DNA from: a virus
Virus record (IMG/VR): IMGVR_UViG_3300021505_000001
Span: 32,001 to 96,000 of that record
Length of the DNA: 64,000 bases
Reading direction: 5' to 3' (one strand)
The notes under the pieces: model-generated
Database searches by the model: none
Seen by the model: the letters and a program-made list of their open reading frames with translations, nothing else
What the model was told of the DNA's origin: nothing
Shown here: positions 48,610 through 60,572 of the stretch, piece by piece
Position numbering within the stretch: the stretch's first letter is position 1
How the letters are laid out: each line of letters starts with the position of its first letter
Made by a program: the position numbers and the translations under genes

Positions 48610-48876
48610 ATGTCTGTATTTAACTTTTTAAAGCGTTTTCATATACATAAGTGGAAATATGTATATGATGTGTTTGATGATAAATTCCTTGGGGAGACTT
48701 GTCCACAATTTGTTAAGAAGTTTAGAATCTGCGAAAAATGTGGTGTAGCTCAAGAATATCAAGTAGTTCCAAAAGAGGGTACTTATAATGAATTATCTAT
48801 ATTTAAGACTGTTATATTGAAACGGAAGATAGAGGATATGGGAGATTACTATGTTCTTAAAAGAAGTTTTAGATAG
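48610..48876 (+). CDS. HxHxW...CxxCG zinc-ribbon protein, paralog 2
   Basis: Tandem duplicate of 48337..48600. Confidence 0.7.
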   Translation: MSVFNFLKRFHIHKWKYVYDVFDDKFLGETCPQFVKKFRICEKCGVAQEYQVVPKEGTYNELSIFKTVILKRKIEDMGDYYVLKRSFR

Positions 48877-48943
48877 TTTAGAAAAGAAAAAATCCTATAA
48901 AAAGTGTTCCTAAAATACTTAATTATAAATAAGGAGTTGTTAT

Positions 48944-49786
48944 ATGTTTTGCTTACATCATAGAGATCATGATGGGTTTTGTTCTGCAGCAATAGTTAAC
49001 TATAAATATTCGAGATGCAGATTTAAGGATATTAACTATGGGGAGGAGATTGATTTTGAAAGTTTAATTAAACCAAACGAGATTACTTTTATAGTTGATT
49101 TTTCTTTAGAAACAGAGGAGAGTTGGAAACGACTATTAAAGGTAACCAAAAATGTAATTTGGATAGATCATCATAAGTCAATTTTAAAGTATAATGATGT
49201 GGCAGGTCATTTAGAGGGTGTACGTAAAGTCGGAAATTTAGTTTCGGCTTGTTTTTTAACTTGGAAGTTTTTATTTCCCGACCAAGAAGTACCTGAAATA
49301 GTTAAACTAATTAGTGATTTTGATACATGGACTTTCAAATATGGTGATAAGACTTGGCATTGTTTTTATGGATTATACACTGAGAATTATACAAATCCTA
49401 AAGCTAAAGTTTGGGAAATATGTTTTGATAGCAACGAGCCTATTAAGTCAATTATAGATAAAGGAAAAATAGCAAAACAAGCTATAGGGTCTTTATATAG
49501 AGAATGTTTATCTCCTAATAAGTTTTTTGTTAACTTAGAAGGGTATAAAGGTATCTGTATCAATTATATGAGGTGTAATTCAAGTATATTTAGTACTGCG
49601 AAAGAAGATTTTGATATTATGATACCTTTCTATTATAATGGAAGTAAATGGATTTTTTCTCTATATGCAGGAGATAAGGATATCGATGTCAGTAAGATAG
49701 CTGAAAAATTTGGTGGTGGAGGACACAAAGGAGCGGCTGGTTTCAAATTAGATAATATTCAAGACTTCTTAAAGTATAAAATTTAA
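48944..49786 (+). CDS. DHH/DHHA1 family phosphoesterase
   Basis: D.DG, VDFS, IDHH, GGGGHKGAAGF. Confidence 0.92.
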   Translation: MFCLHHRDHDGFCSAAIVNYKYSRCRFKDINYGEEIDFESLIKPNEITFIVDFSLETEESWKRLLKVTKNVIWIDHHKSILKYNDVAGHLEGVRKVGNLVSACFLTWKFLFPDQEVPEIVKLISDFDTWTFKYGDKTWHCFYGLYTENYTNPKAKVWEICFDSNEPIKSIIDKGKIAKQAIGSLYRECLSPNKFFVNLEGYKGICINYMRCNSSIFSTAKEDFDIMIPFYYNGSKWIFSLYAGDKDIDVSKIAEKFGGGGHKGAAGFKLDNIQDFLKYKI

Positions 49787-49798
49787 GAGGTAGAAACA

Positions 49799-49954
49799 AT
49801 GAAAAATAATCATATAGAATCAGAGTATCAAAAAATATCACATGAACAAATAGATATACTTTATCAGTTTGTATCAAATTTATTAAACAATATCAAAGAT
49901 TTAGATACAGATTTTTCTAAGACAGTAGATCAGAACTTTTGGAAGTTGATATAA
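49799..49954 (+). CDS. Small hypothetical protein (51 aa, not in track)
   Basis: GAGG RBS; MKNNH...NFWKLI*. Confidence 0.55.
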   Translation: MKNNHIESEYQKISHEQIDILYQFVSNLLNNIKDLDTDFSKTVDQNFWKLI

Positions 49955-49985
49955 AATTTTATTCGTAGGAGATTAAACAGAAAAG

Positions 49986-50714
49986 ATGGAAACTAAACAT
50001 TTTAAATGGATAGTTTTTGAAGGGTGTGAAGGTTCAGGAAAAACAACTTTAGCAAGAAAGCTTACTAAGTATATTATATCAGAGAATAAACAAAAATTTG
50101 TTCAATTAACATCGGAACCTTGTTTGGATGTAGATACTGAAATAGAGAAAGGAATACCAGAGGAAGCGGTTAGATTTCTTAATACAGGCTATAGAAAAAG
50201 GTTCCGAGAAATGATAAAATTTTCTGATGATTTAACTGCTATCAAAAGACTTTCATTATTTTTAGAGGATAGAACAGAGCTTTATTTTCTTTTTAAATCG
50301 TTTTCAAAAGATACTATAGTAATACAAGATAGATGTTATATATCTACTTTGGCATATCAACAGGTGTATCTTGGTTTTTCCCCTAAAGATTTAATAAAAA
50401 TTAATTTTAGGTTATTTAATGATACTTATAATATCAGGCCTGATTTGATCCTATACTTACATGCAAGTCCTGAAATAGCTATTAGTAGATTAAAGAATAG
50501 AGATAATGATTATATGGATAGAGAGGCAAAAAAATATATAAAAGCAATTTATAAGAATTACTACAAGTTTTTTATTAAGAATAAGATATTTAGTTTAGAC
50601 CCTTTTCTAAAAAATAATACTATAATTGAGGTTATAGATACAGATAAAAAAACTAAAGATGAGGTTTTTGATTTAGTTAAATCAAAAGTGGTTGCTAACA
50701 TTGAATGTAATTAA
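49986..50714 (+). CDS. tmk: Thymidylate kinase
   Basis: FEGCEGSGKTT, EP, DR..STLAYQ, PDL..YL. Confidence 0.9.
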   Translation: METKHFKWIVFEGCEGSGKTTLARKLTKYIISENKQKFVQLTSEPCLDVDTEIEKGIPEEAVRFLNTGYRKRFREMIKFSDDLTAIKRLSLFLEDRTELYFLFKSFSKDTIVIQDRCYISTLAYQQVYLGFSPKDLIKINFRLFNDTYNIRPDLILYLHASPEIAISRLKNRDNDYMDREAKKYIKAIYKNYYKFFIKNKIFSLDPFLKNNTIIEVIDTDKKTKDEVFDLVKSKVVANIECN

Positions 50715-50772
50715 CAAAGAAGAGTTTGTGTGTGAAATATAATTATATCTATATGCTTCTCTTGCCAACAAT

Positions 50773-50805
50773 AAAAAAAGGGTTACCATTTGGTAAACCC
50801 TTTTT
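50773..50805. terminator. Bidirectional terminator between convergent blocks
   Basis: AAAAAAGGGTTACCA-TT-TGGTAAACCCTTTTT. Confidence 0.75.
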
Positions 50806-50831
50806 AAAATGTTCCAATATAATAATCTTTA

Positions 50832-51467
50832 TTAAGATTTGAATTTTTTATCTGTAACTCCTTCGGTAAACTTCTCTATATGTCTTGATGCAAACCACCA
50901 CCCAATTACTACTAAAAATAACTGTAATATAACTGTTATTATAGTAGAAAATAATTCTTGAGCATATTCTGCTGTAAATATTTGTACTTTCATTGTTTCC
51001 ATAATATAATAACATTTATATGTCAACCAAGTTACTATAGCTAATTCAAATAGAGTAACTCCTGGCCTAATAAAAGCCTTTAAAAAATCGACAAAAGCAA
51101 ATAATACCAGTATTAGACAGGCTGTAGGTTTAGTTATATAAGACAAGCGTCCTTCAACATTCATAAGATACTTTATATAATTGGATTTAAATAAATAAGT
51201 GTCTGCTTGTTTGATAGATTCTTTAAAAGCTTCACTTTCTACTACCTGTTCTTGTCCATCATAGGTAGCTTGAGTTATTTTTAAATTAGCTTCAGCTTCT
51301 TTAAGCATGGCTTCAGCTTCTTTATCAACCATAGTTTCTTCGTGTTTAAATTTTAGCTTTTTTTCTTTAAGTTCTATTTTCTTCATTTTATAGTTAACAA
51401 TAGCAGTGGTTATACTTCCAGCTATACCTGAAACTATTGATATTATTCCAGAAATAGGCTCAAACAT
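50832..51467 (-). CDS. Putative holin (3TM-like)
   Basis: Several TM segments; IRP.VT and WWF.SR motifs; downstream of a DUF5675 gene. Confidence 0.55.
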   Translation of the reverse strand: MFEPISGIISIVSGIAGSITTAIVNYKMKKIELKEKKLKFKHEETMVDKEAEAMLKEAEANLKITQATYDGQEQVVESEAFKESIKQADTYLFKSNYIKYLMNVEGRLSYITKPTACLILVLFAFVDFLKAFIRPGVTLFELAIVTWLTYKCYYIMETMKVQIFTAEYAQELFSTIITVILQLFLVVIGWWFASRHIEKFTEGVTDKKFKS

Positions 51468-51479
51468 AATAAACTCCTT

Positions 51480-51824
51480 TTATAAATTTGTTGAAATTAT
51501 TGAATTTTTCCTACCAATATTGTGAAAGAAAGTCCAATCATAAAACTTCCATCTGACAGTTGGTAATAACAAACTTTGTTCCTTGTTTTCAATTATAATA
51601 AATCGTGGGCTGATAGATGTAATTACTCCTTCAAATTCGTTAACTGTAACTTTCCTTCCAAGACATACATATTTATTTGATCTAAATTCAAAATAAGCAA
51701 AGATGTTTTCTGTTAAAGTCTTGAAAACTAAACAGATAAATAATATAAGAATAATCTTTATAGTTAAAAACAATATAGCTGAATCTAATGAATTAACTAT
51801 CTGATTTATTTGGTTTATTGGCAT
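51480..51824 (-). CDS. Small membrane protein with MscS-like beta domain
   Basis: TM helix, then LGRKVTVNEFEGVITSI...LLPT. Confidence 0.55.
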   Translation of the reverse strand: MPINQINQIVNSLDSAILFLTIKIILILFICLVFKTLTENIFAYFEFRSNKYVCLGRKVTVNEFEGVITSISPRFIIIENKEQSLLLPTVRWKFYDWTFFHNIGRKNSIISTNL

Positions 51825-52269
51825 ACCAATCTCCATACTTCTCATAACCTGTTGAATCTAAAATATTTATCTCTTCTGCTTTCCATTGAGTAACTTCTAT
51901 TAATTTTCTAAGTGTTGGTGTAGAGGATAAGACAGCATTTTGTCCATACAATTTACCAAAATACTTACCTACCAAGATACATCCTTCTACATTAGTTTTA
52001 TAGCCTTTCCTGGTATCTCCTGCAAGGTTACCATTATGAATTAGTACCCACTTTCTATCAGGAACATCTAATAAGTGGTAACATTTTCTACGTCCTCTGA
52101 ATAAATGTCGTTCTAATTTATAGATACCTGGTGGTATACAAGAATAGTTTGGTTTGTTGTCATCCCAAGGTAGTTCTAAAGTATAACAAAAGAATCCATC
52201 ATTTATTAAAAGCAATCCTTTTGTTCCCTGTTCTGAACTTGAAAGTCTTATTAATTTTAATTTATACAT
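51793..52269 (-). CDS. DUF5675 family protein (candidate endolysin)
   Basis: T.G.L, CYTLELPW, SCIPPG.Y, VP.R..VLIH.GN, EGCILVG. Confidence 0.8.
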   Translation of the reverse strand: MYKLKLIRLSSSEQGTKGLLLINDGFFCYTLELPWDDNKPNYSCIPPGIYKLERHLFRGRRKCYHLLDVPDRKWVLIHNGNLAGDTRKGYKTNVEGCILVGKYFGKLYGQNAVLSSTPTLRKLIEVTQWKAEEINILDSTGYEKYGDWYANKPNKSDS

Positions 52270-52330
52270 AATATTTTCTCTCTTAAATTAGATTTTATTT
52301 TCTTTTATTTATATGTTTTATTATATATAC

Positions 52331-52359
52331 TTGTTAAAATTGAATATTATTTGTATATT
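52331..52359 (+). promoter_or_regulatory. Sigma70-type promoter for ligA
   Basis: TTGTTA-17 nt-TATATT. Confidence 0.4.
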
Positions 52360-52459
52360 TAATTTGAAAAGGAATTTTAACTATAATAATTGAATTTATT
52401 TAGTTATTACAGTTAATTATAATAATTACTTCATGTTTAAGTTTAACTAAATTGTTTAA

Positions 52460-54451
<1,992 letters not shown>

Positions 54452-54664
54452 ATGCTTAAAAATAAAAGGATTTTAGTTGCTTGTGAAAGAGTTGTTAATA
54501 TAGGTAATTATGAATCAGTTAGATTTAGGGCATCTGTTGAAGGAGAGATACCAGATAATTCTGATATTAAGAAGGAATTTGATAAGGGATGGCTTATTGT
54601 TGAGAATGAAATTAACAAGAAAGTTAAAGAGATAGAAAAAGAGATGGGGATAGATTATAGTTGA
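54452..54664 (+). CDS. Hypothetical protein
   Basis: AAGGAG RBS; NIGNYESVR. Confidence 0.7.
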   Translation: MLKNKRILVACERVVNIGNYESVRFRASVEGEIPDNSDIKKEFDKGWLIVENEINKKVKEIEKEMGIDYS

Positions 54665-54735
54665 AATAGGTTATATTAAAATAATAATTTTTTATACTGT
54701 TTAGAATAACTAATAATTGTTCTAAGCAGTATTTT

Positions 54736-56010
54736 TTATGCAGAAGAGTGTATTTTAAAGAGGGTAAATTCTTTGACAAGTTTTTCTTTTTTGTAGTATT
54801 CCAACCTTTCAATAGGAGAAACATCTATTTTTCCATATTCGGTGAATAACAATTCTGTTAATTCTCCCCATGATTTATCACCAATATAAATATATTGATT
54901 ATTTAACTGTTCTCCAAGAAAAAAATCAGAAAAATTTTTTATAAAAAACAAAGAGTTATATATATTATGTAAGATTTGTAGTTGAGATGCTATAAAACTA
55001 ATCCATTCAATGGTCTTTACTTCATTTATATAGATTAAGGAATAAGAACTAAGATGATGAGCTATTTTAGATAAGAAAGCATCCAAAAAAACCTTTAATC
55101 TTATATCTGATTCTGTCAGTTTATTTGGCACTACATTGTTTCCAAATCTAATCCATAAATAAAGTTTATCGTCATAATATATTCTACCGTAATATGGATT
55201 TTTGGCTTTTTCAACTAAAAACTTCCGTTTATTTGTCCATTTGTTAGGCATATCCTCTGAAATGCCCGCTGTTTTAGTAATAAGGTTTGCTATTTTGTTT
55301 TTATTTACTTTGTAGTATGGAAAATCATCTTCAGTAGATGGTTTGAAAGCAAAAATAAGGTATTTTAAGAATGTCAGTCGTTGGAGATCACTTAAATCTT
55401 CTTTAAAGATATAAGTTTTTATTTCATTCCATGAATATATATTAAAACGTTTAGGCGGAGTTTCTAAAGATTTCTTTATTTTGAGAATATATGATGGAAC
55501 TTTATTTTCATTATCAAAACTTTCAATGAATTTTTGAAGGCCTTGTAATTTCTCAGTGGCTTCTTCCTCACGGAGATTCTTTATCATATTAAAATATTCA
55601 GATGTTATAATATCCGTAGTAGAAGAATCTTTAGAGCTTGATATGTTAGGAATTTCTGTTTCCTTAATAGATACAAAGCTTTCATCTAAGTCATTAATAT
55701 CAATAAGATTTTTAAGAGGATTATATAACGAATCCTCTCCTTTAGGAAGTTTTTCAATTAGAGAACTTCCTGTAAATACACGAGTAGTAAAATCTTTGTT
55801 TTCCATGTCAGATGCTTCATAGAGCTTACATAGAACAAAGATTTGCCCTATATTAAGATAATGAAACTCTATTTGACGATAAGGGCATTGCTGTATATTA
55901 TCCACAAAAGTACAAGATGTTGCACATAAATTGCCACTTATCTTACATTTAAATGAGGACTTAGGAAAAACAAGGTATTTTATATCAATAGCACCAGATA
56001 CCAAAGCCAT
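54736..56010 (-). CDS. Hypothetical protein; probably the -1 frameshift extension of 56073..56588
   Basis: Its frame is open up to the slippery site at 56079-56085. Confidence 0.7.
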   Translation of the reverse strand: MALVSGAIDIKYLVFPKSSFKCKISGNLCATSCTFVDNIQQCPYRQIEFHYLNIGQIFVLCKLYEASDMENKDFTTRVFTGSSLIEKLPKGEDSLYNPLKNLIDINDLDESFVSIKETEIPNISSSKDSSTTDIITSEYFNMIKNLREEEATEKLQGLQKFIESFDNENKVPSYILKIKKSLETPPKRFNIYSWNEIKTYIFKEDLSDLQRLTFLKYLIFAFKPSTEDDFPYYKVNKNKIANLITKTAGISEDMPNKWTNKRKFLVEKAKNPYYGRIYYDDKLYLWIRFGNNVVPNKLTESDIRLKVFLDAFLSKIAHHLSSYSLIYINEVKTIEWISFIASQLQILHNIYNSLFFIKNFSDFFLGEQLNNQYIYIGDKSWGELTELLFTEYGKIDVSPIERLEYYKKEKLVKEFTLFKIHSSA

Positions 56011-56072
56011 TTTACATCCACGATAAACTATTGTGGCTATAAAACGAAGGAAATTAATATAGTATCTGGCGT

Positions 56073-56588
56073 TTAGTGGTTTTTTTCCGTTACCTCACCA
56101 TTAGGTGTCCCCATCATTTGTTGTGTTTGTGTTGCTATGGATGCTTTAAATGATTCTGGCAGGGTATCTACATTTACTTTTATTACTTTAGAAAATATGT
56201 CAAACAATTGTCCAATTGTCATAACTTCCATATCTTCTGGGGAAACCCCTGTAAGCACACATTCAAGTATTTGTTTTACAGAATTAGCTGTTTTTTCATC
56301 ACTTAATATATCTTGTATAGTTACAATTACTTCATCAGGTTTAAATTCATTTAGTTCCTCTTCAGATAATGAATCTCTTATTTTTTCAACTTTTATCTCT
56401 CGTGCCTGATTAAGAAGATTCATTAAATCTGATAACATTTCCATTAGCTGAATAGCAGGTGTTGGATATAGTTCATAAAAAGAATCACCTACAGAAATTA
56501 TTTCTTTATGAGAAGAAGTAACTAAAGCTCTTAAATCACCAAGAACATCTTGTGGAACATCGGCTACATTAATTTTATTTACAGGCAT
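56073..56588 (-). CDS. Putative tail assembly chaperone (lambda G-like)
   Basis: AGGAGG RBS; acidic helical protein ending in GAA AAA AAC CAC TAA; follows tail-completion-like genes. Confidence 0.6.
   Translation of the reverse strand: MPVNKINVADVPQDVLGDLRALVTSSHKEIISVGDSFYELYPTPAIQLMEMLSDLMNLLNQAREIKVEKIRDSLSEEELNEFKPDEVIVTIQDILSDEKTANSVKQILECVLTGVSPEDMEVMTIGQLFDIFSKVIKVNVDTLPESFKASIATQTQQMMGTPNGEVTEKNH
56079..56085 (-). other. Candidate programmed -1 ribosomal frameshift site A AAA AAC
   Basis: X XXY YYZ heptamer in the correct phase, one codon before the stop. Confidence 0.7.
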
Positions 56589-56602
56589 AAAAACCTCCTT
56601 AT

Positions 56603-57157
56603 TTAACAAGAACAATATCTTAAAATATGAGTTACTACACGTCTTAAGTAAACTGGACTATTTGTATTATATATTGGATTGGATATAGAATCAAGTTGTG
56701 CGTAAAGGTGTCTGTTTGTTGTTGGTAAAATAATTTGATTATTAATATCTTCTATCAAATCATAATGTCTATTTATATACCAATCAATTAATTTGATTGC
56801 TTTGACTGAATAGGGGTCATAATCTGGGTCTGTATTTACATCAAATACTACCATAACAGTTTGGCGGTATTCAACATTAGGAGTTATAGATACATTACCA
56901 AATTCTGGTACTATAAAGAATCCTATATCATTTTTATATCCTTCTGAACCCTCTGTAGCATCTACTGTAGAGTAGTATTTTTGAGCATTCCATACCAAAA
57001 TTCCTTTAAAATTATGAGATACATCATTTCTATAATCTGATATTGTTTCGTATATTGGGTATGGACATGTGGGGTCTGTTGTCAGAATATCTCTGATTTG
57101 TTGTCCATAACTTTCAAAAATCTGATAAAATTCATATGGTGGTGTAGCACAACTCAT
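56603..57157 (-). CDS. Putative tail completion/terminator-like protein
   Basis: 184 aa; context only. Confidence 0.4.
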   Translation of the reverse strand: MSCATPPYEFYQIFESYGQQIRDILTTDPTCPYPIYETISDYRNDVSHNFKGILVWNAQKYYSTVDATEGSEGYKNDIGFFIVPEFGNVSITPNVEYRQTVMVVFDVNTDPDYDPYSVKAIKLIDWYINRHYDLIEDINNQIILPTTNRHLYAQLDSISNPIYNTNSPVYLRRVVTHILRYCSC

Positions 57158-57906
57158 TATAATGTCCTATGTTCTGTTGGATACTCAATCCAAATTTCAT
57201 AATCAAGAGACTGTGTTAGATAGACATACATAAAAGCTACATTTAAAGGTTCTGAAGAATATAAGTTATCATAAAGAGCCAAAACATCCAGTTTGGCTCT
57301 TCCGGTTTCATCATGCATTGCCGATGAATGCAGATACCCCATTTTTGTTAAAGTTCTTGTTTGATGATTTAAGTTATTACTTATAATTTCATCATTTATA
57401 AAGAAATAGTATCCTCTGAATCTACCAACTATTGTTGGGGGAGCAAGATTGCGTATATCTAAATCTTCACCGGCATATATGTAATACTGATTACTATAAA
57501 CAAAGGAACCTTCTTTTATTCGATGGGATGTTACACAACCTCCATCTGTCCAATGCAAAAAACACCCATCAACAATACGATGTCCAGTCCATTTCAATAC
57601 ATTTGTAATAAACTTATGTAAATTACTACTAGCATAAAAAGGATTTATTTGTCCATCTGAATAATAGACAACTTTTATATATTTTCCATTCATAGTTGGC
57701 GATAGATAAACACCATTTCTATCTACGTCAATTGCAAACTGATTGGAAAATAAACTAGTGGAAAGAGTATACACTCTTTCCAGCTCATAAAGCTCTTGGT
57801 TTTGAGTAGTATCATACTCCCAAACCTTTACATTATCAGAAGTTATTATATAATGTAAATACTGGATTGGACTTGTTACTAGTATTACATCTTCTTTTCT
57901 ATACAT
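57157..57906 (-). CDS. Putative virion protein
   Basis: 249 aa; TAATG coupling to the next gene. Confidence 0.55.
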   Translation of the reverse strand: MYRKEDVILVTSPIQYLHYIITSDNVKVWEYDTTQNQELYELERVYTLSTSLFSNQFAIDVDRNGVYLSPTMNGKYIKVVYYSDGQINPFYASSNLHKFITNVLKWTGHRIVDGCFLHWTDGGCVTSHRIKEGSFVYSNQYYIYAGEDLDIRNLAPPTIVGRFRGYYFFINDEIISNNLNHQTRTLTKMGYLHSSAMHDETGRAKLDVLALYDNLYSSEPLNVAFMYVYLTQSLDYEIWIEYPTEHRTL

Positions 57907-57916
57907 GATATCTCAA

Positions 57917-58627
57917 TTATGAGTTAGCTATAAGATTATCAACAATAACACCTAATTCATTTGGTGTAGTTGTAGTATCGTAGTGTGTCTGTCCATAGGC
58001 TTCTTCACCACGTCCATTTTGCCAACTAAAATTAATTCTATAATTAGTTCTTTCTCCATTAGCCCGTGAACCAAATCCCTGATAAGAAACAGAACCACTT
58101 TGCCAATCAGTTGGGGATACGTTTACGTTAATATCTGAGAGTACCCACTGAAGTTGATTTAATACATCATTTTCAGGATGCGCTGTACCAACTGTTGTCA
58201 GTTTTGTTCTTGCAGTATTTATAATTTGATCACGTGAGTTGTTAATATCCTCAAAGTTAGCAACAACCCTAGCATTAATTTGTCCTTCTGTATGAGTATA
58301 TGTGGCTGCTGATGCTCCGCTACACTCTCCTGCCAGGGTAATAACATAACCAGATTCTAATGCTGTTGTTACACCATCTTTAGCAATCCAATTGACGATA
58401 TTTTGATCTTTCCAATTTGCACTGGCTGATTGCATACAAACATCCCCTGTATGAGCATCAGCAATATCTCCACAGATATAAAGTACTGTGTTCTTATCAA
58501 GAGATACGTTTGTAATAAACAGTTTGACACAATCTAATCCACAACGGAAGAGTTCTCTTCCTGTGTTGATGTTATACTCAGTTGCACCATCAGATGGAAT
58601 TCCATAATTTACTATTGGACAAGCCAT
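57917..58627 (-). CDS. Putative virion structural protein
   Basis: AAGGAGG RBS, TAAAACATT motif upstream. Confidence 0.6.
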   Translation of the reverse strand: MACPIVNYGIPSDGATEYNINTGRELFRCGLDCVKLFITNVSLDKNTVLYICGDIADAHTGDVCMQSASANWKDQNIVNWIAKDGVTTALESGYVITLAGECSGASAATYTHTEGQINARVVANFEDINNSRDQIINTARTKLTTVGTAHPENDVLNQLQWVLSDINVNVSPTDWQSGSVSYQGFGSRANGERTNYRINFSWQNGRGEEAYGQTHYDTTTTPNELGVIVDNLIANS

Positions 58628-58662
58628 TTTTTATTCCTCCTTAATAGGTTTTTTCTAATGTT

Positions 58663-60450
58663 TTACATAAATACAAGTAAACATTTATTTATTTTAAGTT
58701 CTGAATATGGATACGCCCATATAATTTCTATTAAACAATTAGCCTTATCTACAAGAGTACTAAGACACTGTACGTTAATATCTATTGGTATGTATTTTGG
58801 TAAATCAACTATGGTAACTTCTCCATAATTCATCTCCTCAGCACCAACCACAACCTTTAAATATCCATGTTGTCTAAGATATTCATAATAAGCCTTTTCA
58901 TCTCCATCATATTCTGATGGAATTTCCATAAATTTGTATCGTATTTTGCAGTACAATGGTTTACCTAATGGAATCAGCTTTCCATTGAAAATCTTAGTAT
59001 GAGTTGTATATGTCCTAATATTTTGTCTTGATAAGGATAATTTCCCAAGATTTGTAATAGAATTGTCATAGTTATCTATCAATATTAAATCAGTATTAAG
59101 AAACTTATCATCAATTGGAAATTGATAGTATTGCCCATTGTTATCTACAACAGGAACTGAAAATAACTGATTTCCTGATAGATTACTTATTGTAAAGTTA
59201 AAAGAAAAGTAATGAGGATTTACTGTAAAATTATATTTGGTATGGAAAACATCTGTAAATCCATATCTAATTGTTTCAAACTTATGTTTTTCAAATTGTC
59301 CCCATAAATAACGTTGATCTGCAAATACAGACTTTTCTTTAGCATGGGTTATACATATTCTATCACTTGGCCACCAATAGTTTGTAGTACACCATCTATA
59401 ATCATTATAGATACATAAAGTAAATCCTTTTCTTTCATCACCCAAATGAGCTATTTGACTACAAATACCTTTACGTTCATTATCTAATAATTTGTAGGAT
59501 ACTGTTTCACATTCACGTATGTTCTCATAAATAACATAGCTGTTTACATATAAACGTTTATCATTGTGTTCTGTATGATAAACTTCATAAAGAGTATTTC
59601 TATCATTTCCAATAATTTCTCTTTTAACGAAACAGTTTTTATTAGATGAAGTTACAATATAAATATCATAAGTTGAGCTTCTATCAGATGTAAAGGTATT
59701 ATAAAGATGTAAGTGAATTTGTCTATCATTAGAGATTGTTCCCCAACTATTCCAAAAGCCAAGCTCTCTTTCTGTTATACCCTGTATTCCTTCCTGAGCT
59801 ATATTATATTTGACTCTATGATATTGAACAGCAGTATCGGTTAATAGTATTAAATATACTGATTCTGAATCAGAATCAATTTTGTATCTTATAAGGTATT
59901 CTGAACTGTACTCTTTATAAGTTGTATTAGTTAGTTTTATATTATAGAAACTTTGATGTTTATTTCCTAAATGTATTGTATAACTAGAAACATTTGAGAC
60001 ATAAAAAAGTATATTGTATTTTGATTCATTTATTTTCGTTAAAGAATATCTTATGTAATAGTCAGATTTATGACTTGTTGATAGTCTAATGCTATAACTA
60101 ACTATATTTTCTGTGCCGAATCTATGTAATATGTAATAAGGGCTTTCAAATATGGATAAATAGATATCATAGTTTAGAATATTGTATTTGGAGACATGAT
60201 TGTTGATTAACCGTATTCCATAATTAGAAGCATGCAGTGTAGTAGCTTTAAATCGTTTAATATCATACTTAGAGCGATGATTATTATTTAATAATACCTT
60301 ATAAACAGAAGTATGTAATGTAGTAGCTTCAAATCGTTTAATATCATATTTAGAGCGATGAGTAGCTAATTCTCTAATACTATAAACACTATTGTGGATA
60401 GTAGTGATTGATGTGCGTGGTGTTTCTCTGAATATAGTTAGTATAGGCAT
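58663..60450 (-). CDS. Repeat-rich virion protein (HxSxY and D/E-R repeats)
   Basis: Periodic H.S.Y.I units, then (D/E)R units. Confidence 0.6.
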   Translation of the reverse strand: MPILTIFRETPRTSITTIHNSVYSIRELATHRSKYDIKRFEATTLHTSVYKVLLNNNHRSKYDIKRFKATTLHASNYGIRLINNHVSKYNILNYDIYLSIFESPYYILHRFGTENIVSYSIRLSTSHKSDYYIRYSLTKINESKYNILFYVSNVSSYTIHLGNKHQSFYNIKLTNTTYKEYSSEYLIRYKIDSDSESVYLILLTDTAVQYHRVKYNIAQEGIQGITERELGFWNSWGTISNDRQIHLHLYNTFTSDRSSTYDIYIVTSSNKNCFVKREIIGNDRNTLYEVYHTEHNDKRLYVNSYVIYENIRECETVSYKLLDNERKGICSQIAHLGDERKGFTLCIYNDYRWCTTNYWWPSDRICITHAKEKSVFADQRYLWGQFEKHKFETIRYGFTDVFHTKYNFTVNPHYFSFNFTISNLSGNQLFSVPVVDNNGQYYQFPIDDKFLNTDLILIDNYDNSITNLGKLSLSRQNIRTYTTHTKIFNGKLIPLGKPLYCKIRYKFMEIPSEYDGDEKAYYEYLRQHGYLKVVVGAEEMNYGEVTIVDLPKYIPIDINVQCLSTLVDKANCLIEIIWAYPYSELKINKCLLVFM

Positions 60451-60513
60451 TTAGAGATTATAGTCCTATCTTTTTTAAATGGTTAAGTTTTTTTGAATGT
60501 TTTACTTATAATA

Positions 60514-60549
60514 AAAAAGCCTCATATGATTTAACATATGAGGCTTTTT
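60514..60549 (-). terminator. Intrinsic terminator
   Basis: AAAAAGCCTCATATG-ATTTAA-CATATGAGGCTTTTT. Confidence 0.8.
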
Positions 60550-60572
60550 GGATTTCTTTATAGATTTTCTGC

